NCBI GenBank assembly: GCA_963695225.1
Contig: OY968762.1
Span: 1,984,001-2,048,000 of the forward strand
Direction: 5' to 3'
Length of the DNA: 64,000 nt
Source: Vulcanimicrobiota bacterium
GTDB taxonomy: Bacteria; Vulcanimicrobiota; Vulcanimicrobiia; Vulcanimicrobiales; Vulcanimicrobiaceae
Shown: in pieces, positions 19,960 through 28,776 of the stretch
Layout of the letters: each line of letters starts with the position of its first letter
Position numbering within the stretch: the first letter of the stretch is position 1
Made by a program: the position numbers and the translations under genes
The notes under the pieces: model-generated
The model's input: only the letters and a program-made list of their open reading frames with translations
Told to the model about the DNA's origin: nothing
Database searches by the model: none

Positions 19960-21203
19960 CAGGCGTGCTTGCCGAACACGATCACGCTGTTGTGACCGCC
20001 GAAACCAAACGAGTTCGAGATCGCAACGCGCACGGGCGCTTTGCGCGCGACGTTCGGAACGTAGTCGAGCGTGCATTCCGGATCCGGAAAATCGTAGTTG
20101 ATCGTCGGCGGCATGATGTCGTTGTAGACCGCGAGGACCGTCGCCACGCCCTCGATCGCGGCGGCCGCACCGAGCGCGTGGCCGTGCATGCTCTTCGTCG
20201 AGCTGACCGCAAAACGATGCCCTTCGACGCCGAGGATCGCGCCGACCGCATTCGATTCGGCCGGATCGCCGATCGGCGTCGAAGTCCCGTGAGCGTTGAC
20301 GTAATCGACCTCGACGGGCGAAACGTTCGCGTTGCGGAGCGCCCGCCGCAGCGCGAGCTCGACGCCCGTTCCCGTCGGATCGACCGCGACGAGATCGTAC
20401 GCGTCGGCGGATTGGCCGTATCCCAGGACTTCGGCGTAGATCCGCGCGCCGCGTGCGAGCGCGAATTCGCGTTCCTCGAAGACGAGGATCGCGCCGCCTT
20501 CCGCCATCACGAAGCCGTCGCGTTCCCGGTCGAACGGCCGGCTCGCCTTCTCGGGCTCGTCGTTGCGCGTGGACATCGCCTTCATCGAGCAGAAGCCGCC
20601 CATCGCGACGTCCGTGATCGTCGCCTCGGCGCCCCCTGCGAGCATCGCGACGGCCTGACCGTACGCGATCGTCTGATAGGCGACCGCCATCGCATCGTTC
20701 GAACTCGCGCAGGCGCTTGCGACCGAGAAGATCGGGCCGCGCAGCTTATGGCGCATCGAGATCTGCGCCGAAGCCGCGTTCCCCATGAGCATCGGAACGA
20801 AGAGCGGGGTGACGCGCTTGGCCGTACCCAACTCCCGGGCTTTCGTCACGGTATCTTGCAGCGTGATGATGCCGCCGATGCCGCTCGCGACGATCGCACC
20901 CGTTTCCGTGCGCACGTCCGGATCTTCGGGGAAGTTCGCATCGACGATGGCTTCGAGCGCCGCCGCATAGGCGAATTGGGCGTAGCGATCCATGCGCCGC
21001 GCCTCGCGCTTGCCGATCACCTCGTCGGCGTCGAATCCCTTGACTTCGGCCGCGATCTGCGTCCTGAGATCGCTCGGGTCGAACGCCGCGATCGGAGCGA
21101 CGCCGCTCTTCCCCGCGATCAGCGCCTGCCAGAATTCGCCGTGCGTGTTGCCGAGCGGCGTGACCGCTCCCAGACCCGTGACGACGACGCGTTTCTTATC
21201 CAA
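19959..21203 (-). CDS. fabF: Beta-ketoacyl-ACP synthase II
   Basis: RVVVTGLG, SACAS, NAHGTST, KSMHGH, SNSFGFGG. Confidence 0.96.
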   Translation of the reverse strand: MDKKRVVVTGLGAVTPLGNTHGEFWQALIAGKSGVAPIAAFDPSDLRTQIAAEVKGFDADEVIGKREARRMDRYAQFAYAAALEAIVDANFPEDPDVRTETGAIVASGIGGIITLQDTVTKARELGTAKRVTPLFVPMLMGNAASAQISMRHKLRGPIFSVASACASSNDAMAVAYQTIAYGQAVAMLAGGAEATITDVAMGGFCSMKAMSTRNDEPEKASRPFDRERDGFVMAEGGAILVFEEREFALARGARIYAEVLGYGQSADAYDLVAVDPTGTGVELALRRALRNANVSPVEVDYVNAHGTSTPIGDPAESNAVGAILGVEGHRFAVSSTKSMHGHALGAAAAIEGVATVLAVYNDIMPPTINYDFPDPECTLDYVPNVARKAPVRVAISNSFGFGGHNSVIVFGKHA

Positions 21204-21425
21204 AACCTCGCGCTTTGCTCCTAGGGACGTGAAATGAGGCGGCCGGCAGCGACCGCCCCCATGAAAGGCCTCCGAACACTATCGCCTGGCCTCGCCTTTA
21301 CCCTCCCGGGAGCCGAAGCGAATGAGGCGCGATGCGCCGGCCGGGGCGGGCTCGGCGGCCGTCGAAAGCGCCGGCATGCAGAGCAGCAAGCGGACCGAAC
21401 GCCTTAGAACGAAGGAGGAAGCGCC

Positions 21426-22457
21426 GTGACGGAGGTGCCGGCCGGACGCATCATCGTGACCGGAGCCTCCGGCTTCATCGGAAGCGCGACGATCTGGGCG
21501 CTCAACCGCGCCGGGCACGACGACGTGATCGCCTGCGACCGCCTCAACCGCACCGAGAAGTGGCGCAACCTGGTTCCGCTTCGGTTCCGGGATTACGTCG
21601 AAGCCGACGACCTGCTCGGCCGGTTCGCAGAGCGCGGGGACGCTTTCGGCGACGTCTCGACGATCGTCCACCTCGGCGCGCGCTCGGCGACGACGGAGAC
21701 GGACTCGCACTTGCTGATCCGCACGAACTATGAGTTCACGAAGGCGCTCGCCGCCGCGGCGCTCGCCCGGGGGATCCGCTTCGTCTACGCCTCGAGCGCG
21801 GCGACGTACGGCGCGCTCGAGAGCGGACTCGACGAAGGCCGCCCGCTTTCGACCCTGAGACCCTTGAACATGTACGCCTACTCGAAGCAACTCTTCGATC
21901 GATATGCCGAGCAGCACGGCTTCCTCGACCGGATCGTCGGAATCAAATTCTTTAACGTATTCGGCCCGAACGAAGCGCACAAGGGCGATATGCGCAGCGT
22001 CGTCGCCAAGGCGTTCGACCAGATCGCCGCGGGCGGCGCCGTCAAGCTTTTCAGGAGCCACCGCCCCGACTTCCGCGACGGCGAACAGCGGCGGGACTTC
22101 ATTTACGTCAAGGACGCCGTTGCGATGACGCTCTCGCTCGCCGCGCATCCCTCCGCGGGCGGAATCTACAACGTCGGCTCCGGCCGCGCCTCGACCTGGC
22201 TCGAGCTGATCCGCCCCGTCTTCGCCGCGCTCGGCCGCCCGGAAAGCATCGAGTTCGTCGACATGCCCGAGCACCTGCGCGCGAAGTACCAATACTCGAC
22301 CCGCGCCTCGATCGAGCGCGTACGCGCGAGCGGATACCGCGCCGAACTGACCCCGCTCGCCGAGGCCGTCACCGAGTACGTCCGCGACTACCTCATCGGC
22401 GATCGCCGGCTCGATCCCCTAGCAGGCGAACCGGCACCGCACGCGCTGGAGCGCTAG
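21426..22457 (+). CDS. hldD: ADP-L-glycero-D-manno-heptose 6-epimerase
   Basis: VTGASGFIGS, YASSAATYG, PLNMYAYSK, NEAHKGDM, YQYST; RBS GGAGG upstream. Confidence 0.93.
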   Translation: MTEVPAGRIIVTGASGFIGSATIWALNRAGHDDVIACDRLNRTEKWRNLVPLRFRDYVEADDLLGRFAERGDAFGDVSTIVHLGARSATTETDSHLLIRTNYEFTKALAAAALARGIRFVYASSAATYGALESGLDEGRPLSTLRPLNMYAYSKQLFDRYAEQHGFLDRIVGIKFFNVFGPNEAHKGDMRSVVAKAFDQIAAGGAVKLFRSHRPDFRDGEQRRDFIYVKDAVAMTLSLAAHPSAGGIYNVGSGRASTWLELIRPVFAALGRPESIEFVDMPEHLRAKYQYSTRASIERVRASGYRAELTPLAEAVTEYVRDYLIGDRRLDPLAGEPAPHALER

Positions 22458-23350
22458 CCCCCCGTCACGATCGCAACCGCGGCGTAGTAGACCCCTTTCG
22501 GCTGGTATGCCGCGCTCACGAGACCGTACGGCTCTCCGAAATTTGGGCCCACCCCTGCCGTGCCGTCGCGAAACTCCGCCCACACGAGCGTCGGAAGGCC
22601 GAGTTCGCGGTGCAGGTACCACATCTGACGGAAGAAGGCGGGTTGATCGAGCAGGTCCGGGACCGTGGTCTCCGTCGTGTGCAAGCCTATTCCGGGGGGA
22701 AGCGCGGCCTGCGCCTGAATGTACTCGGTCCGGGCGTAGCCCGGCGCCTTGTAGCTGTGGACCGCGCAGCCGTTCGCCACGTCGAAGACGCCGTTTCCGC
22801 GCAGCTGCTGAATCCACCCGAGGTCGACGCCGCTCGTCCCGCCGGACCACACGTCTCTCGCCCCGGCGGAGCGCAGCGCGGTCGCTGCAGCGATCGCCAG
22901 CCGCGAGTAGGCCGCCGGATCCGGCGCGGCGCCCCAGTACGACTCGAGATTCGGCTCGTTCCACAGCTCCCAGATCGGGTTGAAGGCCGCGTAGCGCGCT
23001 TGCATCGCGGCGCACCGCCGGGCGTAGTCCGCAACGTCGACCGGCTGCGCGGCGTACGGCGAAAGCATGATGACGCGCAACCCGCCCGCCGCCGTCGCCG
23101 CGAACATGGCGTCGTAATAAGAGAGATCCAGGCTGCCGTCGACGCGCACGTGCGTTCCGCCGCAGGCGGCGATCAATCCGACCGCCCGGGAGAGGTCGTC
23201 GCTACCGTAGATCTGGACCCCGAACGCCGTCGGCTTGGACGGGGAACCGGGAGTAGGATCGATCGTCGGGGCCCAGTCCGGAGCAGTGCAGGCGGAGACC
23301 CCCGTGGCTGAAAGCAGCGCGAGGCCCTTGAGAGCATCGGATCGTTTCAT
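22454..23350 (-). CDS. Lipoprotein, clan GH-A-like glycoside hydrolase
   Basis: MKRSDALKGL..VSAC signal with lipobox; WELWNEPN acid/base motif; HSY; candidate nucleophile HTTET. Confidence 0.65.
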   Translation of the reverse strand: MKRSDALKGLALLSATGVSACTAPDWAPTIDPTPGSPSKPTAFGVQIYGSDDLSRAVGLIAACGGTHVRVDGSLDLSYYDAMFAATAAGGLRVIMLSPYAAQPVDVADYARRCAAMQARYAAFNPIWELWNEPNLESYWGAAPDPAAYSRLAIAAATALRSAGARDVWSGGTSGVDLGWIQQLRGNGVFDVANGCAVHSYKAPGYARTEYIQAQAALPPGIGLHTTETTVPDLLDQPAFFRQMWYLHRELGLPTLVWAEFRDGTAGVGPNFGEPYGLVSAAYQPKGVYYAAVAIVTGG

Positions 23351-23477
23351 TTGGTTGCGCACGTACCCCGGCAAAACGGCGAGAACGGCCGCCGTCACGT
23401 TGACGGCTGCTTTCCGCCGACGTTGGACGCCGCTCCTCCGCTTTCCGCGACGCCGAGGCGTGTCAAGCCACTTCAGG

Positions 23478-23703
23478 ATGTTACCAGGCGCTTGATCGTC
23501 GCGCCATTTGAAATGCTACCCGGTGCGGGCCTCGCGGCGCGGATCGCAGCGAGCCGGCGCTCGCTCTGCCCAGCGGCGGCGTAGCGAGAACGCATGTTGA
23601 GCAGGTATTCCCTGCGCGCTTTGAGGACCCATCGCCCCGGCTTCGCCGAAGGCGCCGCCCGGTTACATCCCCAGTGGCGCGACGATAGCCCCCACGGTAA
23701 CAT
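23478..23703. repeat. 226-bp element bounded by ~45-bp imperfect inverted repeats
   Basis: ATGTTACC-N9-ATCGTCGCGCCA-N6-ATGCTACC (23478-23520) vs GGTTACAT-N6-TGGCGCGACGAT-N9-GGTAACAT (23661-23703). Confidence 0.8.
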
Positions 23704-23711
23704 TTTAGCTG

Positions 23712-23726
23712 GCGCGATGCGCGAGG
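23712..23726. repeat. Left copy of 15-bp IS target-site duplication
   Basis: GCGCGATGCGCGAGG, identical to 25122-25136. Confidence 0.92.
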
Positions 23727-25121
23727 TGTTAGCGCAAAGCGCTGATGTCCGGTTTCTGCAAAGCAGAAATGTCCGGTTCAGGCTGTTGGGGAGGGTAGGC
23801 GGAAGGTCTTCCAAGGATGGTCGGCGGCGGGTTTCCGGACCTTCCTCGGGTCGGTGATGCGGCGGTCCAGGTGGGCGTTGAGGTCCTTTGCTCCCACGAT
23901 CGGTGCGTTGCGAAGGAGCTTGCCTGCCTGCTCGGCGGCGAGGGTATGATCGCCGTGTCGAACGGTCATGCGTCCGTCGGGGTGGCGCCGGATGAGGATC
24001 CGTGAGCCCGCGGCGAGTTGGCGTCGGCTGTAGGGGTCGACGAGCTTGAAGCAGGCGTCGTCGAGCTGGAACATGAGGTTTCTCGTGACGACGCGTTCGT
24101 CGTGTCGGCACAAGATGTCGTCCAGGCGGAAACCCTCGATGCTGCGATGGACGTCCTCCGCGTCGGCGGCCGCAACGGCAAAACGCGTATTGTGATCCGC
24201 GATGAAGCGTGGCAGGAACGCATTGGCCTGTTCGATGGTCGCGATGCTCTCGAGGCGCATGCTCTTGATGAGGCGATCTTGGAAGGTTCGGTTGGCGCGC
24301 TCGATGCGGCCCTTAGCCTGCGGCGAGTTGGCGCAGATAAGTTCAATGTCGAGTTGGTCGAGAGCGCGGTGGAGTTGGGTGGTGATGGCGCTGTCGGTGC
24401 TCGAGCCGGAATACCGAAAAATGCTGTGTTTATCGGTGTATGCGGCGTGGAAGCGACCATAGTTTGCGATGAAGGGCGAGCAGCCGATAGTAACCCTCGG
24501 TCGTCTCGGCGAGCTCGAAGAGTCCGGCCGTCACGCGGCTGGTTGCGTCGTCGATGGCGAGCAACAAGGTGCAACTCGGGCCGCGTTCTTCAAACCACTC
24601 GTGCGGGGAGCCATCCATTTGCACGAGTTCTCCGAAGCGCGGGCGACGCCGCCGGAGCGGATGCACGTTGCGCCGGCGCTGTTTGGCCCTCCAGAGGTGT
24701 TGCTCGACGAGAAACGCCCGCAGCCACTCCCGGCTCACGGTAATCCCATCACGCTCGGCGAGGGTTTGGGCCAAGAACGTGGGTCCAAAGCCGCGATACT
24801 CCCCCCGATAGCGCTCGAGAACGGCCGCTCGGGTTTCATCGCCAACCCGATTGTTGGGGACGGCGCCGCGGCGTTTGGAGAGGACGCCTTGCGGCCCGTG
24901 ACGCTCGAAGGCCCGGACGAGGCGCCTGACTTGTCGCTCGGAGATCCCGAGCTTCCTGGCCGCTTGGGCCTGGGTGAGAGCGCCGTCAGCGATTCGCTGG
25001 AGGGTCCGCAGACGGTCCTGTTCGGCAGGGGACATAACAAGCAGCTCCATCGGGGAGCCCCTTGGCCGGACCGGACATTTCTGCTTTGCACGGGACCGGA
25101 CATCTGTGCTTTGCTCCTACA
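23727..25121 (-). mobile_element. Insertion sequence, IS1202-like (ISNCY), 1395 bp
   Basis: TGT...ACA ends, ~51-bp imperfect terminal IRs each with two GCAAAGC-N4-ATGTCCGGT subrepeats, 15-bp flanking direct repeat, DDE transposase. Confidence 0.92.
23778..25050 (-). pseudogene. Frameshifted DDE transposase
   Basis: HTH and QMDGS in ORF 24430..25050; YTDKH and SPQAKGRIER in the frame ending at 23778; 1273-nt span is 3n+1, shift near 24468-24480. Confidence 0.85.
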
Positions 25122-25136
25122 GCGCGATGCGCGAGG
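25122..25136. repeat. Right copy of 15-bp IS target-site duplication
   Basis: GCGCGATGCGCGAGG. Confidence 0.92.
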
Positions 25137-25165
25137 TTGATCTCGACCCCGCGCCTTGCTATAAT
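25137..25165 (+). promoter_or_regulatory. Sigma70-type promoter of rpmA
   Basis: TTGATC-N17-TATAAT with extended -10 TG; ATG 9 nt downstream. Confidence 0.8.
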
Positions 25166-25174
25166 CCCGTGGCT

Positions 25175-25450
25175 ATGTTCACGTTCGATCTCCAGCTTTT
25201 CGCGTCCAAGAAGGGCGCAGGCTCCACCCGCAACGGGCGCGACTCGAATTCTCAGCGGCTCGGCGTCAAGCGCTTCGGCGGGCAGGCCGTCGTCGCGGGG
25301 AACATCATCGTCCGCCAGCGTGGGACGCAGTTCTACCCGGGCGACGGCGTCGGAATGGGGACGGATCATACGCTCTTCGCGCTCGTCGACGGGACGGTTC
25401 ACTTCTCCGAGCGCCGCAACCGCAAGCACGTCAACGTCGTCGCCGCGTAG
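25175..25450 (+). CDS. rpmA: 50S ribosomal protein L27 with N-terminal extension
   Basis: [37 protein letters not shown]. Confidence 0.97.
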   Translation: MFTFDLQLFASKKGAGSTRNGRDSNSQRLGVKRFGGQAVVAGNIIVRQRGTQFYPGDGVGMGTDHTLFALVDGTVHFSERRNRKHVNVVAA

Positions 25451-25475
25451 CGCGCTCGCGCTCGGGGACCTCGCG

Positions 25476-25500
25476 GAGGGCGCAGCGGCGCCCTCTTTTT
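25476..25500 (+). terminator. Intrinsic terminator after rpmA
   Basis: GAGGGCGC-AGCG-GCGCCCTC followed by TTTTT. Confidence 0.75.
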
Positions 25501-25564
25501 CATTTCCGGCGCCGCCCCGCTGCGGGGTGCGAGTCACCGGCAACCGAACGGGGCCAGTTTAGAG

Positions 25565-26830
25565 ATGCAATTCATCGATGAAGCGACGATCACCGTCGCG
25601 GGCGGCCGCGGGGGGGACGGCATCGTCGCCTGGCGGCGCGAGAAATACGTCCCGAAGGGCGGCCCGGCCGGCGGAGACGGGGGGCGCGGGGGGGACGTCT
25701 GCCTCGAGGCGAGCCCGGAACTGAACACGCTCGTCGAATTCCGCTTCAAGAAGCACTTCGCAGCGAAGGCCGGAGAGCCCGGGCTCGGCTCGAACAAGTC
25801 CGGCCGCAGCGCCGACGACTTGATCGTCCCGGTCCCCGTCGGCACGCTCGTTTATCGCATCGAGGAAGACGGGCGGGAGTTCCTCCTCGCCGATCTGTCG
25901 GAACCGCTCGAGCGCATCCGAGTCGCCAAAGGAGGGCGCGGCGGGCTCGGCAACCAGCACTACGCGACGGCGACGCGACAGGCCCCGCGCTTCGCCGAGA
26001 AGGGGGAGCCGGAGCAAAGTTGCACGCTTCGCCTCGAGCTCAAGCTCCTCGCCGATTGCGGCCTCGTCGGGCTCCCGAACGCCGGGAAATCGACGCTGCT
26101 CGCCGCGGTTTCGGCGGCAAAGCCGAAGATCGCCGACTACCCCTTCACGACGCTCGAACCGCAGCTCGGGGTCGTGCGCCTAGGCCCTGAGGAATCGTTC
26201 GTGATGGTCGACGTTCCGGGGCTCATCGAGGGCGCGCACGAGGGGTCGGGCCTCGGCGACCGCTTCCTGCGCCACATCGAGCGGACGCGCGTGCTCCTGC
26301 ACCTGATGGACGGCGCGAGCGCGAGCGACGAGATCCTCGCGAACAAGGCGACGATCGAAAACGAATTGCGGCTCTGGAATCCGGCGCTCGCCGAGCGCCC
26401 GGCACTCCCGGTGATCACGAAGCTCGACCTGCCGGACGCCCGCGCCAGTTTCGAAGCGCTGCGCCCGCAGATCCCGGGGCTGCGCGGAATCTCCGCGGCG
26501 ACCGGCGAGGGCGTCCGCGAGCTGCTCTACGCGGCGTTCCGCACGATCAAAGAGACGCCGCCCCCCGAGGTCGCCGCCCCCGAGATCCCGCGCTTCGTCT
26601 TAGCGCCGGCGGAACCGTTCGAGATCGCCGTCGACGAGCGCGGGGTCTTCGTGGTGAGCGGCGAGCGGGTCGAGCGCCTCGCGGCGATGACGAACTTCGA
26701 GAGCGACGAGGGACTCGGCCGCTTCGAGCGCATCATCGCAAAAATGGGGATCGACAAGAAGCTGCGCGAGTTGGGTGCGCAAGACGGCGACACCGTCCGC
26801 ATCGCCGGATACGAATTCGACTTCTCGTGA
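25565..26830 (+). CDS. obgE: GTPase ObgE
   Basis: FIDEA, GGDGGRGG, GLPNAGKST, YPFTT, DVPG; C-terminal DUF1967-like domain. Confidence 0.97.
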   Translation: MQFIDEATITVAGGRGGDGIVAWRREKYVPKGGPAGGDGGRGGDVCLEASPELNTLVEFRFKKHFAAKAGEPGLGSNKSGRSADDLIVPVPVGTLVYRIEEDGREFLLADLSEPLERIRVAKGGRGGLGNQHYATATRQAPRFAEKGEPEQSCTLRLELKLLADCGLVGLPNAGKSTLLAAVSAAKPKIADYPFTTLEPQLGVVRLGPEESFVMVDVPGLIEGAHEGSGLGDRFLRHIERTRVLLHLMDGASASDEILANKATIENELRLWNPALAERPALPVITKLDLPDARASFEALRPQIPGLRGISAATGEGVRELLYAAFRTIKETPPPEVAAPEIPRFVLAPAEPFEIAVDERGVFVVSGERVERLAAMTNFESDEGLGRFERIIAKMGIDKKLRELGAQDGDTVRIAGYEFDFS

Positions 26831-27441
26831 GACTCGGGCTCCTGGGCGGGACGTTCGATCCGATTCACAACGCCCATCTCTTCATCGCCGAGGCGACCCG
26901 CGTCGCGCTCGGGCTGGACCGGGTCCTCTTTCTCCCGACGGGAGGGGGGCATTACCGCCTCCCACCGGAGGCCTCGCTCGAGGCACGCCTCGAGATGCTC
27001 CGCCTCGCGCTCGCGCCGAACCCGCACTTCGCGCTCGACCCGACCGACTTCGACGAACGCGCCACGGGGTACACGGCGGACCTGCTGCCCCGGCTGCGCG
27101 CCCGCTTCCGGGACGACCGGCTCGTCTTCATCGCCGGGAGCGATTCGCTCATCGAATCTCCTTGGCAGCGCTTTGACGAGGTCCTAGCCCAGCTCGACGC
27201 CTTCGCCCTGGCCCCCCGCGCGGGGCGCCCGCGGGAGCAGATCGAGGCGTTCCTCGCCTCGCTTCCGGCGGAGCAGCGGGCGAAGGTCCTCGTGCTCGAC
27301 CTGCCGCCGCTCGCCGAGTCCGCGACCTACGTTCGCGATCAAATGGGGCGCGGCGGCTCGATTCGCTACCTCGTTCCGGAACCCGTCGCGCGCTACATCG
27401 CCGAACGCGGCCTCTACGCGGACCGCCGTGCCGGGTCCTAG
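26827..27441 (+). CDS. nadD: Nicotinate-nucleotide adenylyltransferase
   Basis: GGTFDPIHNAH, GSDSL..W, SATYVR. Confidence 0.92.
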   Translation: MRLGLLGGTFDPIHNAHLFIAEATRVALGLDRVLFLPTGGGHYRLPPEASLEARLEMLRLALAPNPHFALDPTDFDERATGYTADLLPRLRARFRDDRLVFIAGSDSLIESPWQRFDEVLAQLDAFALAPRAGRPREQIEAFLASLPAEQRAKVLVLDLPPLAESATYVRDQMGRGGSIRYLVPEPVARYIAERGLYADRRAGS

Positions 27442-27468
27442 TTCGCCGTTTTTCCGGGGATTGCGCCG

Positions 27469-28776
27469 GTGGAAAGAGAAACGTCCGGCGTGGAAATTCT
27501 CACGGCCGCTGCCGAGTTGAGTTTCGGCGGCGTGACCGCGAGCGAACTCGCGCGGACATACGGCACGCCCCTGATCGTCATCGATACTGACGTGCTGGAT
27601 CGCAACGTGGCTGCGTTCGTCGCGATAGGGAACGAGTGCGGGATCGAAGTCGCGTATGCCGGGAAGGCGCTGTTGTTCGTCGCGCTCGCACGGCGGCTCG
27701 CGCGAGCGGGGCTCTCGCTCGACGTTTGCTCGCTCGGCGAACTCTACACCGCCGAACGCGCCGGGGTCCCCGCCGAGCGCTTGGTCCTGCACGGCTGCGG
27801 GAAGACCGACGACGAGCTGGGCGCTGCGCTCGCGGGCCGCGTCGGCCGGATCGTCATCGACAACCGCGAAGAACTCGAACGCCTGATCGAGCGCGCCGAC
27901 CCCGCGCGACCGCTGCACGCGCTCTTGCGCGTCAACAGCGGGATCGAGGCGCACACCCATGCCTACGTGCGCACGGGCGGCGAGGATTCGAAGTTCGGAT
28001 TTGCGCTCGACTCGCTCGACGAGGCGCTCGCACGCTGCGCCGCCGCCCCGGGACTCCGGCTCCTCGGCCTCCACACGCACATCGGTTCGCAGCTCTACGA
28101 GAGCGACGCCTACGAGGCGGCGGCGCGCGTGATGCTCGACGCAATCTCGCAGGCGCGCGAGCACGGTATCGAGATCGAGGAGTTGGTCCTCGGCGGCGGG
28201 TTCGGCGTCTCGGCCTCCCCCGACGACGAGCCGTTCGACGCCGCCGCCACGCTGCGGACCGTCTCCGCCATCGTCTCTCGGGTCGCAAGCGCGCGCGGCT
28301 TGCGAGCCCCGCGGCTCGGCATCGAACCCGGCCGCGCGATCGTCGCCTCGGCGGGGACGACGCTGTATCGCGTCGCTTCGGTCAAGCGGCAAGGCTCGCG
28401 CCGCTATGCAATCGTCGACGGCGGTATGACCGACAATCCGCGGCCGGCGCTCTACGACGCCTACCACCATCCCGATCTCGCCTCGCGCGTCTCCGAAGCG
28501 CCGCTCGTCGAGACGACGATCTGCGGCCGCGCCTGCGAGAACGACGAACTCGTGAGCACGGCACTTCCCGAAGACCTCGCGGCGGGGGACCTGCTCGCGC
28601 TCCACACGACGGGTGCCTACACGTTCAGCATGGCGAGCAACTACAATCGCTTCGCGCGCCCGGCCGTCGTGTTTGCCGGCGGCGGGGCCCACCGCCTCGT
28701 CGTCCGCCGCGAGTCCCTCGACGATCTCGTCCGCAACGACCTCGGGCCCGACGAACCGCTTCCGTCCACCGAATGA
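27469..28776 (+). CDS. lysA: Diaminopimelate decarboxylase
   Basis: YAGKA PLP lysine, SKFG, HIGSQ, GGGFG, EPGR, GAY, MASNYN. Confidence 0.94.
   Translation: MERETSGVEILTAAAELSFGGVTASELARTYGTPLIVIDTDVLDRNVAAFVAIGNECGIEVAYAGKALLFVALARRLARAGLSLDVCSLGELYTAERAGVPAERLVLHGCGKTDDELGAALAGRVGRIVIDNREELERLIERADPARPLHALLRVNSGIEAHTHAYVRTGGEDSKFGFALDSLDEALARCAAAPGLRLLGLHTHIGSQLYESDAYEAAARVMLDAISQAREHGIEIEELVLGGGFGVSASPDDEPFDAAATLRTVSAIVSRVASARGLRAPRLGIEPGRAIVASAGTTLYRVASVKRQGSRRYAIVDGGMTDNPRPALYDAYHHPDLASRVSEAPLVETTICGRACENDELVSTALPEDLAAGDLLALHTTGAYTFSMASNYNRFARPAVVFAGGGAHRLVVRRESLDDLVRNDLGPDEPLPSTE

Noticed and set aside
21376..21429. 17-aa leader ORF overlapping the hldD start
   Set aside because: No SD, no regulatory codon run, and hldD has its own GGAGG; likely chance.
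23390..23470. Riboswitch or TTGACA promoter upstream of the glycoside hydrolase
   Set aside because: The two GCGGAAAGC repeats match no riboswitch consensus I know, and TTGACA has no properly spaced -10.
23478..23703. Integron attC site or 6S RNA assignment for the inverted-repeat element
   Set aside because: The GTT/AAC boxes are arranged opposite to attC and no integrase is present; a 6S-type central bubble could not be shown by eye. Left unassigned.
23473..24111. 212-aa minus-strand ORF crossing the IS end
   Set aside because: Runs through the IS terminal repeat and the inverted-repeat element with no coding signature.
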